Assembly: GCA_021798985.1 (NCBI GenBank)
Contig: JAJZBI010000020.1
Span: 4,785-68,784 of the forward strand
DNA from: Actinomycetes bacterium
GTDB lineage: Bacteria > Actinomycetota > Acidimicrobiia > Acidimicrobiales > Bog-793
Direction: 5' to 3'
DNA: 64,000 nucleotides
A program made the translations under genes and the position numbers. The notes under the pieces are model-generated. The model did not search any database. It saw only the letters and a list, made by a program, of their open reading frames with translations, and was not told where the DNA came from. Of the stretch, positions 9,646 to 17,455 are shown in pieces (positions within the stretch are counted from its first letter, which is position 1; every line of letters starts with the position of its first letter).

Positions 9646-10769
9646 GCATCCTCTCGCGCAGCGAGCTCGCGCCACGCACCCCACGGGCGCCCGAGGCGGC
9701 CCGCGGCAGCGCGGTCGAGCTCGTCGGCGTCAGCCGCCACTACGACAAGCTCCGGGCGCTCGACGACTTGCACCTGCGGCTCGAGCCCGGCGAGCTCGTC
9801 GCGCTGCTCGGCCCGTCGGGGTGCGGCAAGACGACGGCACTGCGGATCCTGGCGGGCTTCGAGCACGCCGATCGGGGGCTGGTGCTCGTGAACGGCCGCG
9901 AGGTGGCGAGCGTGCCGCCCCAGCGCCGGGACATGGGGATGGTCTTCCAGAGCTACAGCCTCTTTCCGACGATGAGCGCGCTCGACAACGTCGGCTTCGG
10001 GCTGCGCCTGCGCGGCGTCGCCCGCAACGAGCGCCAGCGACGCGCCCGTGAACTGCTCGAGCTGGTCGGGCTCGCCGAGTGGGTCGGGCACTTTCCCCAC
10101 CAGCTCTCGGGCGGCCAGGCACAGCGCGTGGCGCTCGCCCGGGCGCTCGCCATCGAGCCGCGCGTCCTGCTGCTCGACGAGCCGCTCTCGGCGCTCGACG
10201 CCAAGGTGCGCGTCCAGCTGCGCGAGCACATCCGCGCGCTGCAACAGCGCCTCGGCATCACCACCTTGTTCGTCACCCACGACCAGGAGGAGGCGCTCTC
10301 GATCGCCGACCGGGTCGGCGTGATGCGCTCGGGGCGTCTGGAGCAGATCGGAACCCCGGCCGAGGTCTACACCCAGCCCGCGACCGCCTTCGTGGCGAGC
10401 TTCGTCGGCTCGGTGAACCGCCTGGCCGGCACCAGCGTGAACGCGCGCAGCGTCGAGGTGCTCGGGGTGCGCCTGCCAATCCCGCCGGGACAGGGCGATC
10501 TCGTGGCGAGCCGCCCGGTCGAGGTCCTGCTGCGCCCCGAGGCGCTCCGGGTCAGCGCCGACCGGGAGGGCCGCGCGCTTGTCACGGGCCGGGCCTTCCA
10601 CGGTGCCACCATGCGCATCACGGTCCGGATCGACGCCGCGACCGAGGTCGTCGCCGCGCTGAGCGCGCTTGAAGGCAGCCTCCTCGAGGCGGGGACCGCG
10701 GTGCGCCTCGAGCCGGTCGGCACGCCGCTGTTCGTCGTTCCCGGCGCCGATCCGGAAGGCAACCCGTGA
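9642..10769 (+). CDS. ABC transporter ATP-binding protein (PotA/FbpC-like)
   Basis: Walker A GPSGCGKTT, signature LSGGQAQRVALARAL, Walker B LLLDEPLSALD, plus a C-terminal TOBE-like regulatory domain. GTGA overlap with the upstream permease. Confidence 0.92.
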   Translation: MSILSRSELAPRTPRAPEAARGSAVELVGVSRHYDKLRALDDLHLRLEPGELVALLGPSGCGKTTALRILAGFEHADRGLVLVNGREVASVPPQRRDMGMVFQSYSLFPTMSALDNVGFGLRLRGVARNERQRRARELLELVGLAEWVGHFPHQLSGGQAQRVALARALAIEPRVLLLDEPLSALDAKVRVQLREHIRALQQRLGITTLFVTHDQEEALSIADRVGVMRSGRLEQIGTPAEVYTQPATAFVASFVGSVNRLAGTSVNARSVEVLGVRLPIPPGQGDLVASRPVEVLLRPEALRVSADREGRALVTGRAFHGATMRITVRIDAATEVVAALSALEGSLLEAGTAVRLEPVGTPLFVVPGADPEGNP

Positions 10770-12424
10770 GCTGCCTCGTGCCGGGTCCGCGCGGCCCCGG
10801 CGGCTACCGCCGCCTGGTCGGCGCCCCCGAGGGCGCCCCCGTGCTGCGCCGCGACCTCGGGGTCCACCTGCCAAGCGGCGTGGCGCGCTCGCTCGTGAAC
10901 TTCGTCCAGCTCTCCGACCTGCACGTGACCGACGCCCAGAGCCCGGCGCGCGCCGAGTTCCTCGACCGCCTCGGCGATGTTGACCAGCCGAGCGCTTTGG
11001 CGGTCGGCCGCGTCGGCACCTACCGCGCCCAGGAGGCGCTCACCCACCAGGTGCTCGAGGCGATGGTCCGCGCCGTGCGCAGCGAGGGTCGCGGCCCGTT
11101 GACCGGCGCGCCGGTGAGCTTTGCGATCTCGACCGGCGACAACATCGACAACGGCCAGGACAACGAGCTTCGCGCCTACCTCGCGTTGTTGAACGGTGGG
11201 ACGTCGGTCGTGCCCGACTCGGGTGACCCGGCCCGCTACGACGGGGTCGGCGCTCAGCACTGCTACGACGTGCGCTACTACCACCCCGACGGCACGCCGC
11301 CCGGCGAGCGCGACGACTGCTGCCGTGCCGGGCGGGGCTTCCCACTCATCCCGGGTCTCCTCGATGCGGCGCGCCGGCCCCTTGCGGCGAGCGGGCTCGG
11401 CATCTCCTGGTACGCGGTCTACGGCAACCATGACGCGCTCATCGGTGGCACGATGCCGCCAGAAGACGAATTGGTCGCGCTGGCGCTCGGTGGCCGCAAG
11501 CCGATCGCCGCGCCGGAAGGCATCGACCTCGTGGCGCCGCTGGCGGACAACGAGTTCGGGCCACCGGCCGGGGTGTGGGGGATGGCAGGCGGCGCCACAC
11601 GCCCGGTCGCCGCCGACGCCAGCCGCCGGCCGGTCGGAGCCAAGGAGTGGATCGCCGCGCACCTTTGCGACGGCGGCTCGCCGGTCGGCCATGGCTTTGG
11701 CGAGGGGGCGCGCGACACCGGCCGCGCCCACTACGCCTTCAGCGCGGGCGGGGTCCGCTTCGTCGTGCTCGACACGGTGAACCGCGCCGGGGGCTGGCAG
11801 GGCTCGCTCGACCGCGGGCAGCTCGAGTGGCTCGAGGCCGAGCTCACCGCCGTGCACGGCGCGTTCTTCGACGACACCGGTCGCCGCCGGCACCACGGCG
11901 CGGCGGACCAGCCCGTCATCGTCTGCTCGCACCACACGCTCGAGACGATGACCAACCCCTGGGCGCCCGACGGGGCCCGCCGCGTCCTCGGCCCCGAGCT
12001 CGCCCGCCTGCTCGCCCGCTTCCCCAACGTGGTCGCCTGGCTGAACGGCCACACCCACGCGCATCGCATCGTCGCCCGCCCCGCCGCGGCGCACCTGTCC
12101 GGCGTGCCCGGGGGCTACTTCGAGATCACCACGGCCTCGCACATCGACTGGCCCCAACAGGCGCGCCTTGTCGAGGTGGCGATCGATGACGACCAGCTCG
12201 TGCTGGCCACCGGGGTGCCCGATCACGCCGGGGCACGCGATGGGCGCAGCGAAGCGCTCGACGAGCCGGTCGCGCTGGCCGGCTGGTCGCGCGAGCTCGC
12301 GCTGAACGCTTGGCAGGGCCTCGGGCCCGACGGGGTCCCGCTCGGTGCCGGGCGGGTCGAGGACCGCGACGTGCTGGCGGTGTTACCGCTTCGCCCGCCG
12401 AGGTGGGGAGGTGCGGCCCGATGA
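10766..12424 (+). CDS. large metallophosphoesterase (calcineurin-like; resembles the TIGR03767 family)
   Basis: QLSDLHVTD, ISTGDNIDNG, VYGNHD, CSHHTLETM and LNGHTHAH are the successive calcineurin-like metal-binding blocks. 4-nt overlaps with both neighbours (10766/10769 and 12421/12424). Confidence 0.85.
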   Translation: MSCLVPGPRGPGGYRRLVGAPEGAPVLRRDLGVHLPSGVARSLVNFVQLSDLHVTDAQSPARAEFLDRLGDVDQPSALAVGRVGTYRAQEALTHQVLEAMVRAVRSEGRGPLTGAPVSFAISTGDNIDNGQDNELRAYLALLNGGTSVVPDSGDPARYDGVGAQHCYDVRYYHPDGTPPGERDDCCRAGRGFPLIPGLLDAARRPLAASGLGISWYAVYGNHDALIGGTMPPEDELVALALGGRKPIAAPEGIDLVAPLADNEFGPPAGVWGMAGGATRPVAADASRRPVGAKEWIAAHLCDGGSPVGHGFGEGARDTGRAHYAFSAGGVRFVVLDTVNRAGGWQGSLDRGQLEWLEAELTAVHGAFFDDTGRRRHHGAADQPVIVCSHHTLETMTNPWAPDGARRVLGPELARLLARFPNVVAWLNGHTHAHRIVARPAAAHLSGVPGGYFEITTASHIDWPQQARLVEVAIDDDQLVLATGVPDHAGARDGRSEALDEPVALAGWSRELALNAWQGLGPDGVPLGAGRVEDRDVLAVLPLRPPRWGGAAR

Positions 12425-13539
12425 GCGCGTCGCCCTCCCTCCCGCGCCTCGTCGTCGTCGGCGGGGGGATCCTCGGGACGATGCACGCGCTCGCAGGTGT
12501 CCGCCGCGGCTTCTCGGTGACTCAGCTTGAGCGCGACGAGGTCCCTCGCGGCGCCTCGGTGCGCAACTTCGGTCTCATCTGGGTCGGCGGCCGGGCCCCC
12601 GGTGCCGAGCTCGAGCTCGCGCTGGCGGCGCGTGAGCGCTGGGAGGCGATCGCCGCCGCGGCCCCGGCGGCGGGCTTTCGGTCCGCCGGCTCGCTCACCC
12701 TCGCGCGCCGGCCCGAAGAGCTGGCGGTGCTTGAGGCGGCGGTCGAGCTCGAGGACGCAAAGGCGCGGGGCTTCTCCTTGTGCTCGCGCGCCGAGGCGAT
12801 GGCGATCGAGCCGGCGCTGCGCGGCGACTTCCTCGCCGCCTTGCACTGCGCGCAGGACGCGATCGTCGAGCCGCGTCTCGCGCTCAGCGCGTTGCGCAGC
12901 AGCCTGCAGGCGAGCGGCCGGTACCGCTACCGGGGTGGCTGCGAGATCGTCGAGCTCGGCGACCACCACGTGGTGGACGCGACCAGGACGCGCCACGATG
13001 CCGACCTCGTGGTCTGCTGTCCGGGCGCCTCGCCGGCCGGCGCGCTCGCCGAGGCGCTCGCCGGCGCGCCGCTGCGGCGGGTGCGACTGCAGATGCTCGA
13101 GACCGCGCCGTTCGCGTCGCCCCTCGCGTCAGCGCTCGCGGACGGCGACTCGCTGCGCTACTACCCCGCCTACGCCGGACCGCCCCGCGAGGCGCTCGGC
13201 CCCCAGGCCCCCGTCCCCGCGGCGTGGACCGCGCAGCTGTTGATGGTGAAGCGCCTCGCCGGCCACCTCACCATCGGGGACACCCACCAGTACGTGGAGC
13301 CCTTCCCCTTCGACCTGTGCGCCGAGCCCGAGCAGCACCTCGTGGAGGTCGCCGCTCGCCTGCTCGCCACGGCACTCCCGCCGATCGAGCGGCGCTGGGC
13401 GGGGATCTACAGCGAGGTCACCGATCCCGCCCTCCTCTACTACCGCGCCGAACTCGCGAGCGGCGTGGTGGTCGTCACCGGACCGGGAGGCCGGGGGATG
13501 ACCCTCTCCCCGGCGATCGCCGAGGAGACCTTCGCATGA
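12421..13539 (+). CDS. FAD-dependent oxidoreductase (DAO family; resembles TIGR03364 aminophosphonate-associated clade)
   Basis: N-terminal Rossmann motif RLVVVGGGILGTMHA followed by VTQLERDEVPRGASVRNFGLIW. ATGA overlap with the upstream gene. Followed by a phosphonatase-like HAD gene. Confidence 0.85.
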   Translation: MSASPSLPRLVVVGGGILGTMHALAGVRRGFSVTQLERDEVPRGASVRNFGLIWVGGRAPGAELELALAARERWEAIAAAAPAAGFRSAGSLTLARRPEELAVLEAAVELEDAKARGFSLCSRAEAMAIEPALRGDFLAALHCAQDAIVEPRLALSALRSSLQASGRYRYRGGCEIVELGDHHVVDATRTRHDADLVVCCPGASPAGALAEALAGAPLRRVRLQMLETAPFASPLASALADGDSLRYYPAYAGPPREALGPQAPVPAAWTAQLLMVKRLAGHLTIGDTHQYVEPFPFDLCAEPEQHLVEVAARLLATALPPIERRWAGIYSEVTDPALLYYRAELASGVVVVTGPGGRGMTLSPAIAEETFA

Positions 13540-14219
13540 GCCAGCCGCAGATCCAGCTGTGCTGCATCGACCTTGCGGGCACGACGGTGGTCGACGAGGG
13601 GGCCGTGCTCGCCGCCTTTGGCACCGCGCTCGATGCGGTGGGCGTCCCCGCCGCCTCACCTGGGCGCAAGTCCATGGAGCGCGCCGTGGGCAGGAGCATG
13701 GGCACCTCCAAGATCGAGGTGTTCCGCCAGCTTCTTGGCGACGAGGCCCTCGCCAGGGAGGCCAACGGCGCCTTCGAGCGCGCGTACGGCGAGGCGCTCG
13801 AGCGCGACGGCGCGGCGCCGATCCCCGGCGCCCGCGAGACGATCGAGGCGCTCCAGCGGGCAGGACTCCGCGTCGCCCTGCACACCGGCTTCTCGGCGGT
13901 GACGCGCGACCGCCTGCTCGGCACCCTCGGCTGGCAGGACCTCGCCGATCTCGTCCTGTGCCCCGCCGAGGCGGGCCGGGGCCGACCCTACCCGGACATG
14001 ATCCTCGCCTCGGTCCTCGCCCTTCGGATCGACGACGTGCGCCTCGTGGCGGCGGTCGGCGACACCGCCGCCGACATGGCCGCGGGGGTGCGCGCCGGGG
14101 CCTCGATCGTCGCCGGCGTGCTCACCGGCGCCGACGCCCGCGAGCGGCTCGAGGAGGCCGGCGCGACCCACGTCCTCTCCTCGGTCGCCGAGCTGCCCCG
14201 GTTCCTCGGTCTCGCGTGA
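13536..14219 (+). CDS. phosphonatase-like HAD hydrolase (PhnX-like)
   Basis: HAD motif I CCIDLAGTTVVDEG, motif III/IV region VAAVGDTAADMAAGVRAGA. ATGA overlap with the FAD oxidoreductase gene. Confidence 0.8.
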   Translation: MSQPQIQLCCIDLAGTTVVDEGAVLAAFGTALDAVGVPAASPGRKSMERAVGRSMGTSKIEVFRQLLGDEALAREANGAFERAYGEALERDGAAPIPGARETIEALQRAGLRVALHTGFSAVTRDRLLGTLGWQDLADLVLCPAEAGRGRPYPDMILASVLALRIDDVRLVAAVGDTAADMAAGVRAGASIVAGVLTGADARERLEEAGATHVLSSVAELPRFLGLA

Positions 14220-14390
14220 GTCACCGGGCGGGATCGCCCCCCCGGGGGGGGACGGCGCCCTGCACGCGTGACGGCCACCGCGGGCCGCCCGAACCGAACC
14301 CGTGCGCGAACACCAAAGAGGCGCAGTGCTCGCTGGCCTCCAGGGACGCCGCAAGCCGGCCGAGCCGAGCAGGCCGGGGGCGTCAGCTGG

Positions 14391-14702
14391 TCAGGATTGG
14401 TCGGAGTCCTCGATCTCGAGCACCGGCGCGCTGGTGAACAGGTAGGTGCGTAGCTGCCGATCGAGCGCCGGGTCATGGCGACGCAACCACTCAAGGGTCA
14501 TCGCGGCGTGCTCTTTCTCCTCGTCGCGATTGTGCGCAAGGATGGCTGCCAGCTCGGGATCGCTCGCCGCGGCGACACGCTGGTCGTACCAGTCGATCGC
14601 CTCCAGCTCCTCCATGATCGAGACGATCGCCCGATGACGGTCGATGAGCTCGGGGGAAAGTACCGCCTCGGACTCATGCAGCGACGAGCTTGACCCGGCC
14701 AT
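14391..14702 (-). CDS. EncFtn-type (encapsulated-ferritin-like) ferritin-like protein lacking a targeting tail
   Basis: HRAIVSIMEELEAIDWYDQRVAAASDPELAAILAHNRDEEKEHAAMTLEWLRR is near-identical in pattern to EncFtn proteins such as R. rubrum EncFtn (from memory). ATG 14702 follows GAGAGGAGAAGCC. The protein ends at ...LFTSAPVLEIEDSDQS. Confidence 0.85.
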   Translation of the reverse strand: MAGSSSSLHESEAVLSPELIDRHRAIVSIMEELEAIDWYDQRVAAASDPELAAILAHNRDEEKEHAAMTLEWLRRHDPALDRQLRTYLFTSAPVLEIEDSDQS

Positions 14703-14769
14703 GGCTTCTCCTCTCGCTCGGGCACCTCTCCTCTCGACCTTAGGCAGGACTGCGCCGGTCTCAGTCGCC

Positions 14770-16263
14770 TCAGCTCGAGAGGAAGCGGCGCTGTTTGGGG
14801 GTGCTCGCCTTGGCCCACACGGTGGGAAAGCGCTCGGCGGCGGCCGCCATGGCGCTCCGCTCGCGCTCGGCGAGCACGCCGAAGGCAAAGGCGTGGCCCG
14901 CGCGCTGGCCGGCGCGCAGCGCCTCGGCGCGGTAGCGGTCGTGGGCGACCACTGCGTCGTGGCGCTCGCCGAGCACGTCCTGGACGGCGGTGAAGGCCGC
15001 GGCGAGCCGCGTCGCCGCCTTGTGGTCGACGGCGGCGAGCACCTCGGCGCCGTAGCGGACGCGCTTCGCGCGCTTGCGCGCCGAGTGGAAGGCCGCCTCG
15101 GCCTCCGGGCCGTCCGAGGCGAGCGCGCTGCGCACGGTCACCGCGACGCGCTCGATCTCCTTGGCGACGCAGCGGCGCAGCCGGCGCGGGCTCGCCGCCC
15201 GCCCGGGCCGGTAGCGCGGCGCGGCGGCGAAGCGGGCGAGTGACTCGAGCGCCTCGCAGTACCGGGTGCTGTCGAGCACCTCCTCGAGGCGGGCACGCGC
15301 CGTGCTCGCCTCCGCCTCGAGTGTGCTGAGGAGGTCGGCCGCGACCGTGGCGAGGTGCGCCTCGTCAAGGCGTTCGCCGAGGTCGGCGCGCGCCCGAGCA
15401 GCGAGGACCTCGGCGTCGCGCGCCGCGCCGAGCGCTTCGTTCAGCCAGCCGAGCTCGGCCCGCAGGCCCGCCACGGCGGGCTCGTCGAGCAGCGGGGCGA
15501 ACGTGCGCAGCGCCGAGCGCGTCCTGCGGAGGGCGACGCGGAAGTCGTGGATGGCCTCCGGCGCGCGCTGGCGGACGCGGACGTCTTGTTCGGCGAGCAT
15601 GGCGACGAGGGCGTGCAGCCGGGCGGCCAGGAGGTCGCGTCGCGCCTTGTCGTCGGCGGGGGGAGCGACGTCGAGGGCGCGCGCCGCCTTGGACGCCGCG
15701 GCGGCCGGGCGGGCGCCGGCGCCCGCCAGCAGCCGCTCGAGCGCGCGGGCGACCTTGCCCTCGTCGCCGAGCCGCTCGACCTCGACCTCCCGCCAGGCGC
15801 GCACCTGGTGGTCGCCGAGGCGCTCGGCGACCACGCGGTCCTCGGCCACCTCGACGAGCGCCTCGCCGCCCTCGGCGCTGATCCGCGTCGCCTGGCGGTC
15901 CGTATCGAGGGTGAGGACCGGGCGCAGCCGAGCGCCGCGCAGGTACGCGGTCATGAGCTTGGCGAGCTCGGGCGGCACGGCGGTGCCGGCTGAGAGCGGC
16001 AGGCGCAGCTCCATCCGCTCGCCGGGCCCGCCGGCGGGCAGCTTCAGGTGCCAGCCCTCGTCGGGGCCGCCGACGCGGCGCCGCAAGGTGATGTCGGCGC
16101 GCAGCAGGCGCAGGTCGGCGCTGTCGAAGTAGGTGGCGCGCAGCATCGCGTGCTGGGCCGCCTCGGCGTGCACGCCGAGGCGGGCGAGCGGTGGACCGAG
16201 GGCGGCGAAGCTGAAGCCGTCCTGCACGTCGAACTTGTGCTCCTGCTCGCGGTGGCGCTCCAT
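14770..16263 (-). CDS. CYTH and CHAD domain-containing protein
   Basis: N-terminal MERHREQEHKFDV (ExExK CYTH motif) and a long helical Arg/Ala/His-rich C-terminal half typical of CHAD (AIHDFRVALRRTRSAL, FHSARKRAKRVRY). Confidence 0.85.
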   Translation of the reverse strand: MERHREQEHKFDVQDGFSFAALGPPLARLGVHAEAAQHAMLRATYFDSADLRLLRADITLRRRVGGPDEGWHLKLPAGGPGERMELRLPLSAGTAVPPELAKLMTAYLRGARLRPVLTLDTDRQATRISAEGGEALVEVAEDRVVAERLGDHQVRAWREVEVERLGDEGKVARALERLLAGAGARPAAAASKAARALDVAPPADDKARRDLLAARLHALVAMLAEQDVRVRQRAPEAIHDFRVALRRTRSALRTFAPLLDEPAVAGLRAELGWLNEALGAARDAEVLAARARADLGERLDEAHLATVAADLLSTLEAEASTARARLEEVLDSTRYCEALESLARFAAAPRYRPGRAASPRRLRRCVAKEIERVAVTVRSALASDGPEAEAAFHSARKRAKRVRYGAEVLAAVDHKAATRLAAAFTAVQDVLGERHDAVVAHDRYRAEALRAGQRAGHAFAFGVLAERERSAMAAAAERFPTVWAKASTPKQRRFLSS

Positions 16264-16319
16264 CGCCTCAATTATCCGGTGCCGCCGACCCGGCGGCGCC
16301 CCCTGGCGTCAGATGGCTC

Positions 16320-16985
16320 GTGCCGGCAGCGCCGCCGGGTCGCGCCGAACACGAGATTGTGCACGGCGCGCCGATGCGAGACGCTTTGGCGATGCCCATC
16401 GACGACTCGGGAAGTGAGCCGCTCGCCAGTGTCATGGGCTGGTTCGACGCGGCGCGCGAGGCGGCTGATCCGGCTCTCGTGCACCTGGCGCTCGCCACCG
16501 CGACCCCAGCTGGCGTCCCCTCGCTGCGCATGGTGCTCCTGCGCGGCCTCGGCCCCGGGGGCTTCGTCTTCTACACGGACCGCTCGAGCCGCAAGGCCAG
16601 CGAGCTCGCGGCGAACCCGATGGCCGCCGCGGTGCTGCACTGGCAGGCGCCGCGCCACCGCCAGGTGCGGGCCGTCGGGCCCGTGGAGCCGGTGAGCGCG
16701 GCCGAGTCCGACGCCTACTGGGCGAGCCGACCGGCTGAGTCGCGGCGCTCGGCGATGGCCAGCCACCAGAGCAGCGTCGTCGCCGACCTCACCGAGCTCG
16801 AGGCGAGGCGTGCCGCGCTCGAGGGGCTCGGCGAGGAGGCGCTCGTGCGCCCCGAGCGCTGGGGTGGCTATCGCCTCCGGCCGGTCGAGGTGGAGCTGTG
16901 GGAGGAGCGCCCGCACCGCTTCCACGAGCGGGTCCGCTGGCGCCGCGTCGGCGATGCCTGGGTCAGCGAGCGCCTCGCCCCGTGA
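16320..16985 (+). CDS. pdxH: pyridoxamine 5'-phosphate oxidase
   Basis: LATATPAGVPSLRMVLLRG, GFVFYTDRSSRKASELAANP, RQVRAVGPVE, YWASRPAESRRSA, WGGYRLRPVEVELWEERPHRFHERVRW. Start uncertain (GTG 16320, ATG 16374 or ATG 16392). Confidence 0.92.
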   Translation: MPAAPPGRAEHEIVHGAPMRDALAMPIDDSGSEPLASVMGWFDAAREAADPALVHLALATATPAGVPSLRMVLLRGLGPGGFVFYTDRSSRKASELAANPMAAAVLHWQAPRHRQVRAVGPVEPVSAAESDAYWASRPAESRRSAMASHQSSVVADLTELEARRAALEGLGEEALVRPERWGGYRLRPVEVELWEERPHRFHERVRWRRVGDAWVSERLAP

Positions 16986-17455
16986 TCAGGCGTGGCGCCC
17001 CGACTCGACGACGCGGCGCAAGAAGCGCTGGGTGCGCGGGTCGCGCGGCGCTTCTTGTCGGCGAGGCCGAAGCGGGCGAGCAGCGCCCGCGCCTCGGACT
17101 CGGCCTCGACGCGGCTGTGGCCGAGCACGACGGTCGGCGCGAGCGTGATGTTGCGCAGGACCGTCATATGTGGGAAGAGGTTGTAGGACTGGAAGACGAT
17201 CCCGACCTCTCGCCGCACGAGGTTGGGATCGATGCCCTCGGCGGTCAAGTCGTGGCCCTCGAGAAGGATCTTGCCGGCGTCGATCGGCTCGAGGAGGTTG
17301 GCGCAGCGCAAGAGGGTCGACTTGCCCGACCCCGAGGCGCCGATCAAACAGACGACCTCGTGGGGGGCGACGGCGAGGTCGATGCCACGCAGCACGGGGC
17401 TGTGGGCGAAGGACTTGTGCACGCCGGCGAGCTCGAGCGCGGGCGTCGCGCTCAC
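16986..17455 (-). pseudogene. amino-acid ABC transporter ATP-binding protein, internally deleted
   Basis: Intact N-terminal 135 aa (Walker A GASGSGKSTLLRC, Q-loop IVFQSYNLFPHMTV) up to ARFGLADKK. The reading frame then changes and the text jumps straight to the family C-terminus (E)APRDPRTQRFLRRVVESGRHA-stop at 16986. The LSGGQ signature, Walker B and H-loop are absent. Confidence 0.75.
17019..17057. terminator. GC-rich stem-loop between convergent pdxH and the decayed ABC ATPase gene
   Basis: Perfect 10-bp arms CAAGAAGCGC (17019..17028) and GCGCTTCTTG (17048..17057), with inner GCGCG/CGCGC pairing. It begins 34 nt after the pdxH stop. No U-tract. Confidence 0.3.

Noticed and set aside
14237-14251. 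C7G8 homopolymer junction (CCCCCCCGGGGGGGG) between the convergent HAD and EncFtn-like genes, considered as a bidirectional terminator.
   Set aside because: A zero-loop palindrome cannot form a stable hairpin, and the flanks pair only weakly. It is more useful as a flag for possible homopolymer sequencing error than as a feature.
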